Positions 1-11,021 of a DNA stretch of 54,180 nt are shown here, one piece after another (position 1 is the first letter of the stretch; each line of letters starts with the position of its first letter). Origin of the DNA: a virus (lineage: Duplodnaviria; Caudoviricetes); IMG/VR virus record IMGVR_UViG_3300047563_000085, positions 1 to 54,180 of that record; one strand, given 5' to 3'. Both the position numbers and the translations under genes were made by a program. Under the pieces are notes generated by a model. It saw nothing but the letters and a program-made list of their open reading frames with translations, was not told the DNA's origin and ran no database searches.

Positions 1-2
1 GA

Positions 3-2414
3 AATGATTACATTTCCATAACAATGCGTTATACCATAATCTGTCTGTGCTGATACCCCAAATGCAGAATCCTCAGAGTGAACAAAGTCCATAGCTCTTG
101 CGTGCGACTCTACCCAATTGTATCTGAATATCTCTCCAGATGCTCTAGATTTATAACTCGATCCGGTAGATCCTGCTCTGTTTTGTCCCAAATAATTACC
201 TTCTACTATTGGAGAAATGCCCTGATTATAAACTCCATGTTCTAGATAGGAATCAACTACACCGTTATCATATATTTTGCAATTTCGTATTGTCACTCGT
301 TTGCACGTTTCTGATAATTCCCCATCTTTAGACTGGGTGAATATACCAAATCCATTGTTAGTAACAACCAGATTCTCAAATAATAAATCTTCGCCGATTA
401 CTACATAAACACCAGCAGCAGATGAATATATCTCAGTACCGTTATAGTACCATGTCTTATAAGTTGATCCGTTTCTTGCTCCTTGCAATTGCAAATTCTT
501 TATTTGTATGAACTTTGGTTGATATATTCCCTTCGCATCTTTTGGTCCTCGTTTAATAACAATTCCACCCAAAGATTCTCCATATTGTGGGAAGTCTGGG
601 TTAAACACATCGAAGTTTCCACCCATATTGCACCCTGGTGCTGTTTCCGCAGCACTAAAATCGAATGTTGGACGATTTCCATTTGCATCAGTAACACCAT
701 TAATAACAATAGGATTGCTGGATGTGCCTGAACCTCGTAGACCAATTTTTGTCTTATATGGAGTAGATTTGTGAAATACGTTCACTGCGTCCCCAGCAAC
801 CAATGCTCCCCAAGGAACTAGGTCTGGTGTCTTATAATCGTATTGTTCTCCGACATTATAGGTATTATTGTCACCAATGAATGGGCGAGTAATTGGATTT
901 GATGGGAAGCTGACCCCGGGTACCGCAGCACCAACCACCACACTAGCAGAAGTTAAGGATACTGTTCCTTTTGCGTTAGACGCAACCACAGAGAAAGATA
1001 TATTCTTACCAATATCGCTAGGCGTCAATGTGTAATACTTTGATGTAGCTCCAGATATATTGACCCCATTAAACTTCCATTGATATGTGAATGTTGGAGA
1101 GAATGTCCAACCACCAGCCGAAGCCAATATAGTTCTGCCAGAAGTTACGCTCAGTGAATCTATAGCGGGTGGGTATTTGTTAGAAGGTAAATCCAATATA
1201 TAAACCTCCGCCGTAGTGGCAGTTAACGTCCCGGCTATATTAGTAGCAGTTACCGAACAATAAATTCTATTACCAATCGATCTAACATTTGTCGAATAAG
1301 TTGACGAATTATTACCAAATGATACTTTATTAGAAAACCATTCAAACGTATAAGAAGTATATAGCGTAGTCGGATAATTGACAGTTAATGTGTTTCCCCA
1401 TGCTCTACTCCCAGTTAATGTTGGTACCGTAACGAATTTTGGAAGTGGGACAACATCAGCAGTCAGTATTGATCTGGTGACAGTAGTACCAGAAGAATTG
1501 CTTGCATATACATTTACATATATCTTACAATATTCGTCCACAGGAAGAATAGTATAAGTGTTACTAGAAGAAACTACAGTTTCTATATCGTTGGAATCTA
1601 CTTTTATAAACTGATAAATGAACGCAGTAGGACTATTTGACCAACTGCCTTTGGATGCAGTTATCGTTTTTCCGACAGCAACCACTCCGGTTATAATCGG
1701 GACAGTTGCATTTCGTGGATATGTAATAGTTGGCGTTACAGTTGTCTGGTTATATTGTAGATTAGATATTCTGGTGTCGATAGCAGCTAGGGAATCATCT
1801 ATAGATGACAACCTACCAGTCAGTCCAACAATATCAGAAATAACATGAGTATGTACAGAATTAGCTTTAGTAGATAAGTCAGAGTTATTTGCTTTTTTCG
1901 CCAACTCAGTATCGGTATATGTCTTTAACGTATATGTGGATAAATCTGCTGAGGTAATAAGACCAGTTAATTGTGTCTTCAAGGCATAATCCGAAAGCAG
2001 TGCCACCAAACCAGATATTTGGTCGGTAGTGTGCGTATGAGTTATATTGGCTTTAGTAATCAATTCTGCGACATTTGCTTTTGTAGCTAACGTTGTTTCT
2101 AGATTGGCAATGTCTGATATACCATGCGTATGTACTAAATTTGCTTTTTGATCCAAAGAAAATTGCAAGTTATTGACGTTGCTGATAGTATGCGCATGGT
2201 CTATTCGTGCTCTCTGTTCTAACTCTGAAGTTAGCGATCTCACTTCTTCTATAGGGTGAGTATGTGGCAATATCCCGGTGTTATTATCCATTTGCGTAGT
2301 GACTGCTGGTGCCAAACTAATCGACGCATCGTATACATTTGCTACCGTCCCATCTGAATTGTAATATAAAAACCCGGTTAACGGTTCAATTCTGGTGTCG
2401 TCTATTATAGGCAT
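3..2414 (-). CDS. Large virion or tail-associated protein, 5' part (runs off window start): His-rich HxH repeats, Ig-like repeats, beta-helix domain; paralog of 5630..10954
   Basis: Not in ORF track. Read manually from ATG at 2414 (MPIIDDTRIEPLTGFLYY...), with GGAG RBS and minus-strand TAAATA at 2441-2446. Shares motifs with the 1774-aa protein (PWGALVAGDAVN, INGVTDANGNRP, VEGNYFG, YKSR..GEIFRYNWVESHARA). Confidence 0.85.
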   Translation of the reverse strand, partial: MPIIDDTRIEPLTGFLYYNSDGTVANVYDASISLAPAVTTQMDNNTGILPHTHPIEEVRSLTSELEQRARIDHAHTISNVNNLQFSLDQKANLVHTHGISDIANLETTLATKANVAELITKANITHTHTTDQISGLVALLSDYALKTQLTGLITSADLSTYTLKTYTDTELAKKANNSDLSTKANSVHTHVISDIVGLTGRLSSIDDSLAAIDTRISNLQYNQTTVTPTITYPRNATVPIITGVVAVGKTITASKGSWSNSPTAFIYQFIKVDSNDIETVVSSSNTYTILPVDEYCKIYVNVYASNSSGTTVTRSILTADVVPLPKFVTVPTLTGSRAWGNTLTVNYPTTLYTSYTFEWFSNKVSFGNNSSTYSTNVRSIGNRIYCSVTATNIAGTLTATTAEVYILDLPSNKYPPAIDSLSVTSGRTILASAGGWTFSPTFTYQWKFNGVNISGATSKYYTLTPSDIGKNISFSVVASNAKGTVSLTSASVVVGAAVPGVSFPSNPITRPFIGDNNTYNVGEQYDYKTPDLVPWGALVAGDAVNVFHKSTPYKTKIGLRGSGTSSNPIVINGVTDANGNRPTFDFSAAETAPGCNMGGNFDVFNPDFPQYGESLGGIVIKRGPKDAKGIYQPKFIQIKNLQLQGARNGSTYKTWYYNGTEIYSSAAGVYVVIGEDLLFENLVVTNNGFGIFTQSKDGELSETCKRVTIRNCKIYDNGVVDSYLEHGVYNQGISPIVEGNYLGQNRAGSTGSSYKSRASGEIFRYNWVESHARAMDFVHSEDSAFGVSAQTDYGITHCYGNVII

Positions 2415-2456
2415 AAACAATTTCTCCATTTATTTTAACTTATTTATTCAATCATA

Positions 2457-4442
2457 ATGTCATCAATATCATCAACCACAAAAGCCTTTTCTATATTAGG
2501 TAAACTAATATATTCCAACGTCGATACTTCGGTATTCACTGAAGTAATTACGAATGCCTGCGATAGCCATATAACCGCAAAACAAACAGTGCCAGTTTCT
2601 GTTACTATGGTTGGATCAAGTATACATATACGAGATTTTGGCACTGGTATCAAACCAGAAAACATAGATTCGGTTTATATGAATTTCTTTGAATCCACAA
2701 AAGAAGAAGATTCTTCAGTATGTGGAAAATTCGGTCTTGGTTCAAAATGCATTTATTATTATTACACTGGTGTGTTTGAAGTAAAAACAGTGGTGGATGG
2801 TTATGAGAGTCATTACAAATTTGAAGGTGGAGATGGAAAGCACCCATCAAAAGAAATATTATATGAAAACATTAGAAGCGATTCTCCGACTGGGGTAGCG
2901 GTATCATTCAAAGTAAAAGATATAAACGCAGTCAAGTGGCATCTAGCTAAATTGGCTACATTTTCCAATGTAGAAATTAACGTTTCTAGTATACTAGATA
3001 AAACCAACTTCTATAAAGAAACCACACCGTCTATATTAAAAGGAACAAAGTGGAAAACATATATACAAACTAGTAATGTCCCAACCGCTCAACATATGCG
3101 TGGGGCAACAATAATACAAAATGGATTGCTGATACAGGCACCAGCAACGTATTCTACAGAAAATTTTATAGTATTTCCATTAGATGATAAAGCGGTTCCA
3201 CTATCTTTAGACAGAACCGAAATAAAATTAGATACGGACGATCTTAAGAAACTAATAGCATCGTTGAATGCCGAATTGAAAGAATACGTAACTCCATTAC
3301 TACTCAGTTCTAGTAAGTATGAATTGCTATCCAAAGCAAAGTCCCTACTAAATCACAACAATTCATATATTGCCAATTTATTGGGTGATACAACCAGTAT
3401 GGGTCGGTCAATACTTCGTGACTTTGAATTTAATAGAAGAGAACTTTTAAGTAAATTCGAATCAACTTCCGAAATAAATGCGGTTTATTATGTCTATGAA
3501 TCTTCCACACGATATTCTAAAATCACCAACGCATATGATGTTCCAAACACATATGACTGTTATAACAAAAGTTGGTATATTCTTCCACCACGATTGTCGA
3601 ACGGAATGAACAAAGTCAAGCATCATATGCTTGCTAATGGAATAAAATCTTCTGGTGTGGTAGTTGCTTCCGATACAACCAACAAAAAAGACTGGTGTCT
3701 TGGCTTCGACAATTATATGTTAGTAGATAAAACATGGAAACATACTGTTGCTCCTACAGTGTCTGCTCCTAAAATAAAAGACGAAGATAGAATACATATA
3801 ACAAAACGAAAAAATGGAGAACGAGATGTTGCGGTCAAGTTGTCAGAATTAAAGCCGGGTATGAAACTTCTTGCTATAGAAGATCGTGCTTATTTTGAAT
3901 TTCTAGATTACGATGAATGTTATTGCACACCTACGTTTTCATCAGCCAAAGACCAGAAAATATTTGATAATTATTTAAAAACAAATAGTATAGAAGTAAC
4001 ATCAACCAAAGATGTTTATGATTATATGGCAGAAATAACATCAACCCCAGAGTTTGATGATTATATGGAAAGACTGTGCGATTCTGCAAAACATATATTG
4101 TCTTATAATTTAAGCAGATTCTTAAACATGCTAGCTCCTTTGGAAAAAAATATAGCTAAACGAAATATATTAACATCGTTGCTATTGAAGCGTAGGTCAG
4201 CATTATCCATTTCTACAACTTCGTATAGCGTAAATTACGACAAAATATGGAATTATGTTCGTACACATACTGACAATTTATATTATGCGTCTTTGGTGGA
4301 AACACTATCTACTGTCGTAAATGTTTCGCACGATATAAAAGATACATACCCCTTGTTGTATCAACTGATCGAGCATGGATCTATACACGAAGTAATGATT
4401 CCTAACCTAATTGATTATATAAACTTAATAGATCAAGAATAA
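2457..4442 (+). CDS. rIIA: rIIA-like protein with N-terminal GHKL/Hsp90-type ATPase domain
   Basis: KAFSILGKLIYSN, EVITNACDSH, IRDFGTGI, FFESTKE, GKFGLGSK motifs are typical of the phage rIIA N-terminus. Confidence 0.8.
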   Translation: MSSISSTTKAFSILGKLIYSNVDTSVFTEVITNACDSHITAKQTVPVSVTMVGSSIHIRDFGTGIKPENIDSVYMNFFESTKEEDSSVCGKFGLGSKCIYYYYTGVFEVKTVVDGYESHYKFEGGDGKHPSKEILYENIRSDSPTGVAVSFKVKDINAVKWHLAKLATFSNVEINVSSILDKTNFYKETTPSILKGTKWKTYIQTSNVPTAQHMRGATIIQNGLLIQAPATYSTENFIVFPLDDKAVPLSLDRTEIKLDTDDLKKLIASLNAELKEYVTPLLLSSSKYELLSKAKSLLNHNNSYIANLLGDTTSMGRSILRDFEFNRRELLSKFESTSEINAVYYVYESSTRYSKITNAYDVPNTYDCYNKSWYILPPRLSNGMNKVKHHMLANGIKSSGVVVASDTTNKKDWCLGFDNYMLVDKTWKHTVAPTVSAPKIKDEDRIHITKRKNGERDVAVKLSELKPGMKLLAIEDRAYFEFLDYDECYCTPTFSSAKDQKIFDNYLKTNSIEVTSTKDVYDYMAEITSTPEFDDYMERLCDSAKHILSYNLSRFLNMLAPLEKNIAKRNILTSLLLKRRSALSISTTSYSVNYDKIWNYVRTHTDNLYYASLVETLSTVVNVSHDIKDTYPLLYQLIEHGSIHEVMIPNLIDYINLIDQE

Positions 4443-4443
4443 C

Positions 4444-4477
4444 AAAAAGCCACTGAGAATATTCTCAGTGGCTTTTT
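4444..4477. terminator. Bidirectional intrinsic terminator (perfect palindrome)
   Basis: AAAAAGCCACTGAGAAT|ATTCTCAGTGGCTTTTT between convergent genes. Confidence 0.85.
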
Positions 4478-4482
4478 TCATT

Positions 4483-5229
4483 TCAACAATCACATTTTGT
4501 CAAAAATACAACATGGCATATCTTCCCAAGATGTTCTATTGGGGAAATTATTACAGAATACTGTTTATTAGAATATAATAATTTACTAGTTGATAATATA
4601 GTGTGGTCAAACGATATTGCATAATATTTCAATATATTACGAGCCTCTTCATTTGTCTCTATTACCGAAAATGACGAATCTAATAAAAATATAGCAGTTG
4701 GATTTGTGTTGGTTACCACATTGTATTTTATCCGCAGTTCTTCCAATTGGTTTTCTAAGGTTATATCCTTGAATAAAAATATATAAGCTTTATCACCGGC
4801 TGATCTTGGACTATGCGTATAATCTGCTCTTATTTTCACATCTGATATTTTTAGCTTTATCAATGAGCACCCATCTATCATATGTTTGATATCAGCATAC
4901 CCATCAGAAATTATAAAATAATCTGATAGGTTAGTATCGATAATAACCGATTCGGTTTTATCAAATAACCTGCATGCGGATGGATTCGTATTTTTTATTT
5001 TGAATTCCGAATCAGTTACCACAATCGCATCTTGTACTAAGTTGCTAGTGGAAAGCAACTGGCGTTCAGTGTCTAAAAATTTCGCTTTTAAGGCATCTGC
5101 TACTTCAACTGCCATTTTGGTAGTTTCTGCAGCGGCGGCCAATAATGCTTGTTGGCTAGCCATAACCAATACATCTTGTCTATTATGCTTGTCTTTTATT
5201 TTCTTTTTGTTCTTGAAAAATGAAAACAT
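4483..5229 (-). CDS. PAS-domain protein (two PAS-like repeats, no output domain)
   Basis: VQDAIVVTDSEFKIKNTNPSACRLF and NPTAIFLLDSSFSVIETNEEARNIL match the PAS N-terminal signature; FLFKDIT is a PAC-end motif. Confidence 0.7.
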   Translation of the reverse strand: MFSFFKNKKKIKDKHNRQDVLVMASQQALLAAAAETTKMAVEVADALKAKFLDTERQLLSTSNLVQDAIVVTDSEFKIKNTNPSACRLFDKTESVIIDTNLSDYFIISDGYADIKHMIDGCSLIKLKISDVKIRADYTHSPRSAGDKAYIFLFKDITLENQLEELRIKYNVVTNTNPTAIFLLDSSFSVIETNEEARNILKYYAISFDHTILSTSKLLYSNKQYSVIISPIEHLGKICHVVFLTKCDC

Positions 5230-5253
5230 GATGTGTACCTCTCTCCTGTATCA

Positions 5254-5508
5254 TTATCGAGAAACTCTATCTTTTATTTGATATAGCACTTGTTTTAGTT
5301 CATTGAATGCCGTAGTCAAATCCATATTTCCTTTATAGTAATTGTCTATTATAACATCTATTCGCTTCTCTCTTTCGGTTGCACTGCCGATCAAGTTATA
5401 CATGATATATCCCATAGCAATTATTATGGCGATCAAAATGGATATAATTGCAGAGGGGCCGCCAGCCAATACAAATCCAAATATTTTCGTAAAAATGTCT
5501 TCTATCAT
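5254..5508 (-). CDS. Small membrane protein (holin-like size)
   Basis: Hydrophobic AIISILIAIIIAMGYIMY then coiled tail; start taken at MIEDIF, after GGAG. Confidence 0.65.
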   Translation of the reverse strand: MIEDIFTKIFGFVLAGGPSAIISILIAIIIAMGYIMYNLIGSATEREKRIDVIIDNYYKGNMDLTTAFNELKQVLYQIKDRVSR

Positions 5509-5629
5509 TTTCGCAATTCTCCATCTATATGATAGCGATATATTTTCGTAATATATCACTTAAATAGTTAAAGTTTTTGCGATAAACATAATCACCACAT
5601 AAATACAGATATACATAAACGGAGAGAAT

Positions 5630-8600
5630 ATGCCTATTATTCAACCACAGGGCACAAGCCTGACAGGAAGTTTAACACAAACTACATCGGTGTCCAATTC
5701 TAATCATACTCATAATATTGGAGATATTGGTGGGCTCATTGGGGTTTTGAATTCAAAATCTGATGTGTCTCATCTACATTCTATAACATCCATAGTAGGG
5801 TTATCACCCGCACTTGCTACAAAAGCGGCATCGGTACATACCCATACTATTTCAGATATATCTGGACTTGGTGCTCATATGAGCACCATGACAGATTCTG
5901 TAGCCACGTTAACACAAACCGTGTCTGGTCTTATTACGTTGACTGGAGACCATACTACACAAATATCACAAATACTATCACAACTAGGATCGAACGCAAG
6001 CTCTAAACCAGTAATAGTTTCAGCCCCAGTTATAACCGGAACTCCTGCATTTGGATCTACTTTGTCAGTATCCACCGGGAACTGGACAAACTCGCCTACC
6101 GGTTTCTTTTATGTGTGGAATAGAAAAAATACTTCTGGGACCGTAACACAAATTGCTGGCGCGACTGCCAGCACTTATACTTTAGTTGCTGCCGATGCGG
6201 GTATGTATATTAGTGCCGATGTTACTTCTGCAAACTCATTAGGTGGAAATTCCCTACCATCCTCTTCCGCGTTTACCACAATAGTGTCCAAACCACCAAC
6301 TATAACAGTTAACCCATCTATATCTGGTACATTTGCTATTCTACAGACTCTAAGTTTGGTTATAGGAACTTGGTCAGACTCTCCATCATTTACATACCAG
6401 TGGTTGAGAAATGGCACGGCTATATCTGGAGCAACTGGGTTATCTTATGCTACACTTTCGTCCGATGCTGGGCAGAAGATAAGTGTTCGCGTAACTGGAA
6501 CTATATCTACCGGTTTTGCTACCGCAGATAGTGCAGAGGTTACTATTGCTGGTGTACCAGTAAATCAAGTATTGCCTACCCTATCGCCTTCAGCTATAAA
6601 CATAGGAACTCCGGTTTCATGTGCCGCTGGTACATGGTCGTTTTTCCCATCGTTCACATATCAGTGGAAAATAAATGGTGTAAGCATACCTAGTGCAACT
6701 TCATCGTCTTATACCACAATCTCTTCTGATTCTACAAAATCCCTAACATGTACTGTTACTGCGACAAATTCTGCTGGAGTTACTAGTGTAGATACTGCAG
6801 CAACTGTTGTTGGTACGGCGACTGATGGTGGAACAATCTACGGTAGTATAAATCGAGCAAATTATGGATTTAATGCAAATATAAATGATTGCTTGCCATT
6901 CCCTGTAGATAATGCATTTAATACAAAAATAAACACGTACCCTATTTCTCCATACAACGCAGCATTCCAAGAGAATTTTGGATGGACTAATTTATACCCC
7001 GACTTTGGTGGACTCATGTCGCCTCAGCCAAATGGAGAAACCGGCATATTATATGGTATACAATATCATGTCGTAGATGGTGCAACTCAACCAATGGTAT
7101 CAGTAACATTTACTACCGAATGGGGTTACAACTTTGGTAGTGAATCAGACAGCGGTCCTATGCCAATCCCATTAGACATTCAAATAGAAGGTGGTATAAA
7201 TGGCTACGATCGTCATATAATTGTTTTAGATAAAACAAATAAAAAAATATATGAGCTATATCGTGTAACCAAAATGGCCAACAACACATTCATGTGTGGA
7301 TCGGCTGCTATATTTGATATGACTACAAATACATGGCGTCCTATTGGGGTAGCCAATGAATGGACCTCGGCATCTGCATCGGGTATGCCTATATATCCTG
7401 GTCTTGTTAGATATGAAGAGGCCATCCTTGGCCCAGGCGGCATAAAGCACGCAATTGGATTCTCTATGAATTATACTCGCGATGCATATATAGCACCAGC
7501 TTCGCATATATCAAGTTCTAATTCCGAACCATTTTACCTACCGATGGGCGCAAGACTTCGTTTAAAATCTTCATTTGTTATAAATGCCGCGTGGCCTACC
7601 GAAGTAAAAGCTATTTTAACTGCCATGAAAGACTATGGTATTATTTGTTCAAATAATGGTTATGATGGTTTCTTTACTGGGGCTGGCGACACTAGATGGA
7701 ACAATGCAAAGATGAACCCCATCTTTGCAGGAATAACATTGGATAGTTTTGAATTAGTAGACACTGGTACTCTATATACTGCTGGCCACATTGCCATTCC
7801 ATATCCACAAGTTCCAACTATAATAAACAACCCATTAATATCTGCTACCCCAAGAGTAAATTCGTGGAGTTCTGTTTCCAATGGAGATTGGACTGGAGAG
7901 GTTTACAAATATATATACCAATGGGAGTTAGAGGGAGTCGCAATTCAAAATGCAAAGTATGCAAGCTATAAGCCAAAAATAGGAGATCTTGGTAAACAAT
8001 TATCAGTAACTGTAACTGGTATAGGACCAGTTGGCCAACTGTCGTTTACCACGCCATCCAAAACTATATTGGCAGAATCGTTTACTTATGTAAAAATGCC
8101 TTCTCCTGCTTTATCTCCACCATCTAGCGGACAGCCATCATCAAACCCTGTTACTTATGCGATGACTGGCGTTAGAACATTCGATATAGGTCCAGGAAAA
8201 ACATATACCACACCAGATACATTCCCTTGGCATACTCTAGTTGCCGGTGATGTGGTTAATATATATTACTCAGCCACTCCATACAATACGTTAATTACTA
8301 TAGATGCATTTGGTACAGAAACTAACCCAGTAATAATAAATGGTGTTACCGATGCTAATGGAAATCGTCCAAAGTTCGATGTGACTGCGGGTTGTTCAAA
8401 TGCGTCAGTATCTGCTCCAATATATTACCCATCTAACCGTTTGTCGTCGGATGGCTGGAGAAGACTTGGTGTTTTTAACTTGGCCATTCGCGGATCGGCC
8501 CAATGGACTAATTATGCTACTGGCTGGTACCCAGAATATATCACGTTTCAAAACTTTGAAGTGTGTGGGGCGAATACATCTACTCCTAACTTGATAACTC

Positions 8601-10954
8601 TACCGGATGGAACTACTGCTCCGTTCTTCAATGGTGCTGCATTTTATTTCCTACAGTCTAGAAATTGCACTATTGAAAATTGCAAGATATATAACAATTC
8701 GTTTGGTGTATATACTCAAGCAAGAACCGGAACCTCGCATATTAACATCAACACTACTATCCGAAATAGTCACTTTGAATTGAATGGTATCGTTGATTCT
8801 TATTATGAACATAATTGTTATGTTCAAGGCATGACCCCAGTTGTTGAAGGCAATTATTTTGGTAGATTGAAGTCTGGTGCAGGTGGATCAGCATATAAAT
8901 CTAGAACAGTTGGTGAAGTATTTCGTTATAATTGGTGTGAGTCACATGCAAGAGCAGTTGACTTAGTTCATTGCGAAGACTGGGCAAGTGTGTCTACTGT
9001 TCAGCCCGATCGCCCATACACTTATGTATATGGAAACGTCATATGTAATCTATCTACTGCTAGCGGATATACTTGGTCACCAGTTCACTTCGGTGGAGAT
9101 AACACTGGTGAGGATAGCGGTTCGAGTTATGAACCACAGCTACGTAGTCCACTTGGTTATAATAAACCCACCGACCCACCAAACAGATATCGTGAAAGAT
9201 TGTTCTTCTACAATAACACTTATGTGACTGGTGGGGCTGGTGGTATGGGTTCTCAATATTTCGACTTGTCATTGATGGGTGGAAATTTGTCACCTAACGA
9301 TAATGGATATGTACATGACAGAACTAAAGTAGATGCATGGAACAATGCATTCTATTCTGGTGATGGTGGTGCAAATAGCTGGGTCCAATATGCCGGTACC
9401 GCGCATTTACACGCTACGAACAATGTAGATGGAACAGTAATCGATCATCCTACTGCACCTGCTTCGTTCGTTGCCGATGCACCGGGTAGACTAGATATAA
9501 TAAAAGAATCTGGTATAACCTATAACTCAAGCGGATTCGCCAACTTTGCCAATTTTGATTATACTCCCACTTCAACATCAACTCTATTGAATAGAAGTAT
9601 AGATGATTTTCAAACTACCTTTTCAGGGTCAAATGCTGGTGGGGTTCAACACTACAATGTAGAATTTATGCCGAAAATTCGATCCAATGGCATGGTTCCT
9701 AGAACCGTTCAAGGATCAGCTATGGACTTGGGAGCATTTGAATATCTGGATAGTACAAAGCCAATATGTTCAAATCGTCCAACAATAACCGGGACTATTA
9801 TTACAACTGGCAATGTTCTGACTTGTTCTACCGGTACATGGAATCTTCCATGCACTTATACTTACCAATGGAAAAAGAATGGGGTTGCCATTTCTGGGGA
9901 GACAAATAATACATACACTACTGTGGTAGCAGACGACACTGCTTCTATTACGTGTGTTGTATACGCGACAAACGCTGGGAATACCGCATTCATTAAGTCT
10001 AACTTGGTTTATATTGGAGCGCGAACAATTATTGTTAATTCAGATTACGCATATGGATCGGCTCCGGGTACTGGTGCCACCAGTGGTACTGGTGGTGGTG
10101 GAACTACACCAACTACCGCCCCTCCATTACAAATGGTTGGTCCAGAGATTATCGGAAATACTCATGTTGGACAAGAAGTATGGGCAATGCCAGGTATATA
10201 TAGAAACGGAGTAGCCTCTATAGAATATACTTGGATGAGAAGTGGAACAGCTATAGCAGGTGCCACCTCTAGACGATATATTCTTACTTCTGCAGACATT
10301 GGATCATTGTTAACCGTATCTGTGAAAATAATAAACACTACTGGTAATATCACAGCAGTATCTCCAATTTTCACAGTAATCGCTACTGCCACTGGTCCTA
10401 TAGACCCTAGTGCAGATGGTGTATATACATTTGACAGACCGGATGGTACAGTATCCACGATATATGGATTTGAAGGAAGCCCGGGAAATTATAAAACTAA
10501 TGGCGAAGCTTTGGTACCGGTTACTGGTACAGGGTCTTACGGTGGTATGTTGAAAGTAACTACTGCAAATAAGGTTTACACCAGAATCGATATTGTTAGT
10601 AAAGCTAGTAGATCTGGCCCATTAGATGCGTGGCTTGCCCAGAGCAATACTGGTACAACTGGTGGGGTAGGAATCCGATATAATGGAACAACTGCTGCAT
10701 TTATTGGATCAAACGTTGGCGAGTACACCGATATACCAAGTTTAATATCTAAATCTTCGGATTCATTTGTAGCAATGACTTGTATAATCGATACTGCAAC
10801 TGGACTGGCATCGGCCAGTGCGGAAGGACAAACGTTCAAACATACCAATGGAACATTCACCTACACGGTTAGTTCTCCAATGAATGGATTTGGATTTATA
10901 CCATCCGGGGCGCCAGAAGCAGATGCTGCTGTTTATATTTTAAGAATTAAGTAA
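5630..10954 (+). CDS. 1774-aa virion or tail-associated protein with HTH(T)IxDI repeats, Ig-like repeats and a pectate-lyase-like beta-helix
   Basis: Repeated P.I.G...G.TL....G.W....F.YQW...G..I.GAT..TY units; TAAATA at 5600-5605 and GGAGA RBS. Confidence 0.8.
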   Translation: MPIIQPQGTSLTGSLTQTTSVSNSNHTHNIGDIGGLIGVLNSKSDVSHLHSITSIVGLSPALATKAASVHTHTISDISGLGAHMSTMTDSVATLTQTVSGLITLTGDHTTQISQILSQLGSNASSKPVIVSAPVITGTPAFGSTLSVSTGNWTNSPTGFFYVWNRKNTSGTVTQIAGATASTYTLVAADAGMYISADVTSANSLGGNSLPSSSAFTTIVSKPPTITVNPSISGTFAILQTLSLVIGTWSDSPSFTYQWLRNGTAISGATGLSYATLSSDAGQKISVRVTGTISTGFATADSAEVTIAGVPVNQVLPTLSPSAINIGTPVSCAAGTWSFFPSFTYQWKINGVSIPSATSSSYTTISSDSTKSLTCTVTATNSAGVTSVDTAATVVGTATDGGTIYGSINRANYGFNANINDCLPFPVDNAFNTKINTYPISPYNAAFQENFGWTNLYPDFGGLMSPQPNGETGILYGIQYHVVDGATQPMVSVTFTTEWGYNFGSESDSGPMPIPLDIQIEGGINGYDRHIIVLDKTNKKIYELYRVTKMANNTFMCGSAAIFDMTTNTWRPIGVANEWTSASASGMPIYPGLVRYEEAILGPGGIKHAIGFSMNYTRDAYIAPASHISSSNSEPFYLPMGARLRLKSSFVINAAWPTEVKAILTAMKDYGIICSNNGYDGFFTGAGDTRWNNAKMNPIFAGITLDSFELVDTGTLYTAGHIAIPYPQVPTIINNPLISATPRVNSWSSVSNGDWTGEVYKYIYQWELEGVAIQNAKYASYKPKIGDLGKQLSVTVTGIGPVGQLSFTTPSKTILAESFTYVKMPSPALSPPSSGQPSSNPVTYAMTGVRTFDIGPGKTYTTPDTFPWHTLVAGDVVNIYYSATPYNTLITIDAFGTETNPVIINGVTDANGNRPKFDVTAGCSNASVSAPIYYPSNRLSSDGWRRLGVFNLAIRGSAQWTNYATGWYPEYITFQNFEVCGANTSTPNLITLPDGTTAPFFNGAAFYFLQSRNCTIENCKIYNNSFGVYTQARTGTSHININTTIRNSHFELNGIVDSYYEHNCYVQGMTPVVEGNYFGRLKSGAGGSAYKSRTVGEVFRYNWCESHARAVDLVHCEDWASVSTVQPDRPYTYVYGNVICNLSTASGYTWSPVHFGGDNTGEDSGSSYEPQLRSPLGYNKPTDPPNRYRERLFFYNNTYVTGGAGGMGSQYFDLSLMGGNLSPNDNGYVHDRTKVDAWNNAFYSGDGGANSWVQYAGTAHLHATNNVDGTVIDHPTAPASFVADAPGRLDIIKESGITYNSSGFANFANFDYTPTSTSTLLNRSIDDFQTTFSGSNAGGVQHYNVEFMPKIRSNGMVPRTVQGSAMDLGAFEYLDSTKPICSNRPTITGTIITTGNVLTCSTGTWNLPCTYTYQWKKNGVAISGETNNTYTTVVADDTASITCVVYATNAGNTAFIKSNLVYIGARTIIVNSDYAYGSAPGTGATSGTGGGGTTPTTAPPLQMVGPEIIGNTHVGQEVWAMPGIYRNGVASIEYTWMRSGTAIAGATSRRYILTSADIGSLLTVSVKIINTTGNITAVSPIFTVIATATGPIDPSADGVYTFDRPDGTVSTIYGFEGSPGNYKTNGEALVPVTGTGSYGGMLKVTTANKVYTRIDIVSKASRSGPLDAWLAQSNTGTTGGVGIRYNGTTAAFIGSNVGEYTDIPSLISKSSDSFVAMTCIIDTATGLASASAEGQTFKHTNGTFTYTVSSPMNGFGFIPSGAPEADAAVYILRIK

Positions 10955-10958
10955 AAAC

Positions 10959-10992
10959 AAAAAGCCATACTCGATATCGAGTATGGCTTTTT
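10959..10992. terminator. Intrinsic terminator (perfect palindrome)
   Basis: AAAAAGCCATACTCGAT|ATCGAGTATGGCTTTTT directly after the stop codon. Confidence 0.85.
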
Positions 10993-11021
10993 TCTTAAAT
11001 AAGATATTTTGAGAGAATACT

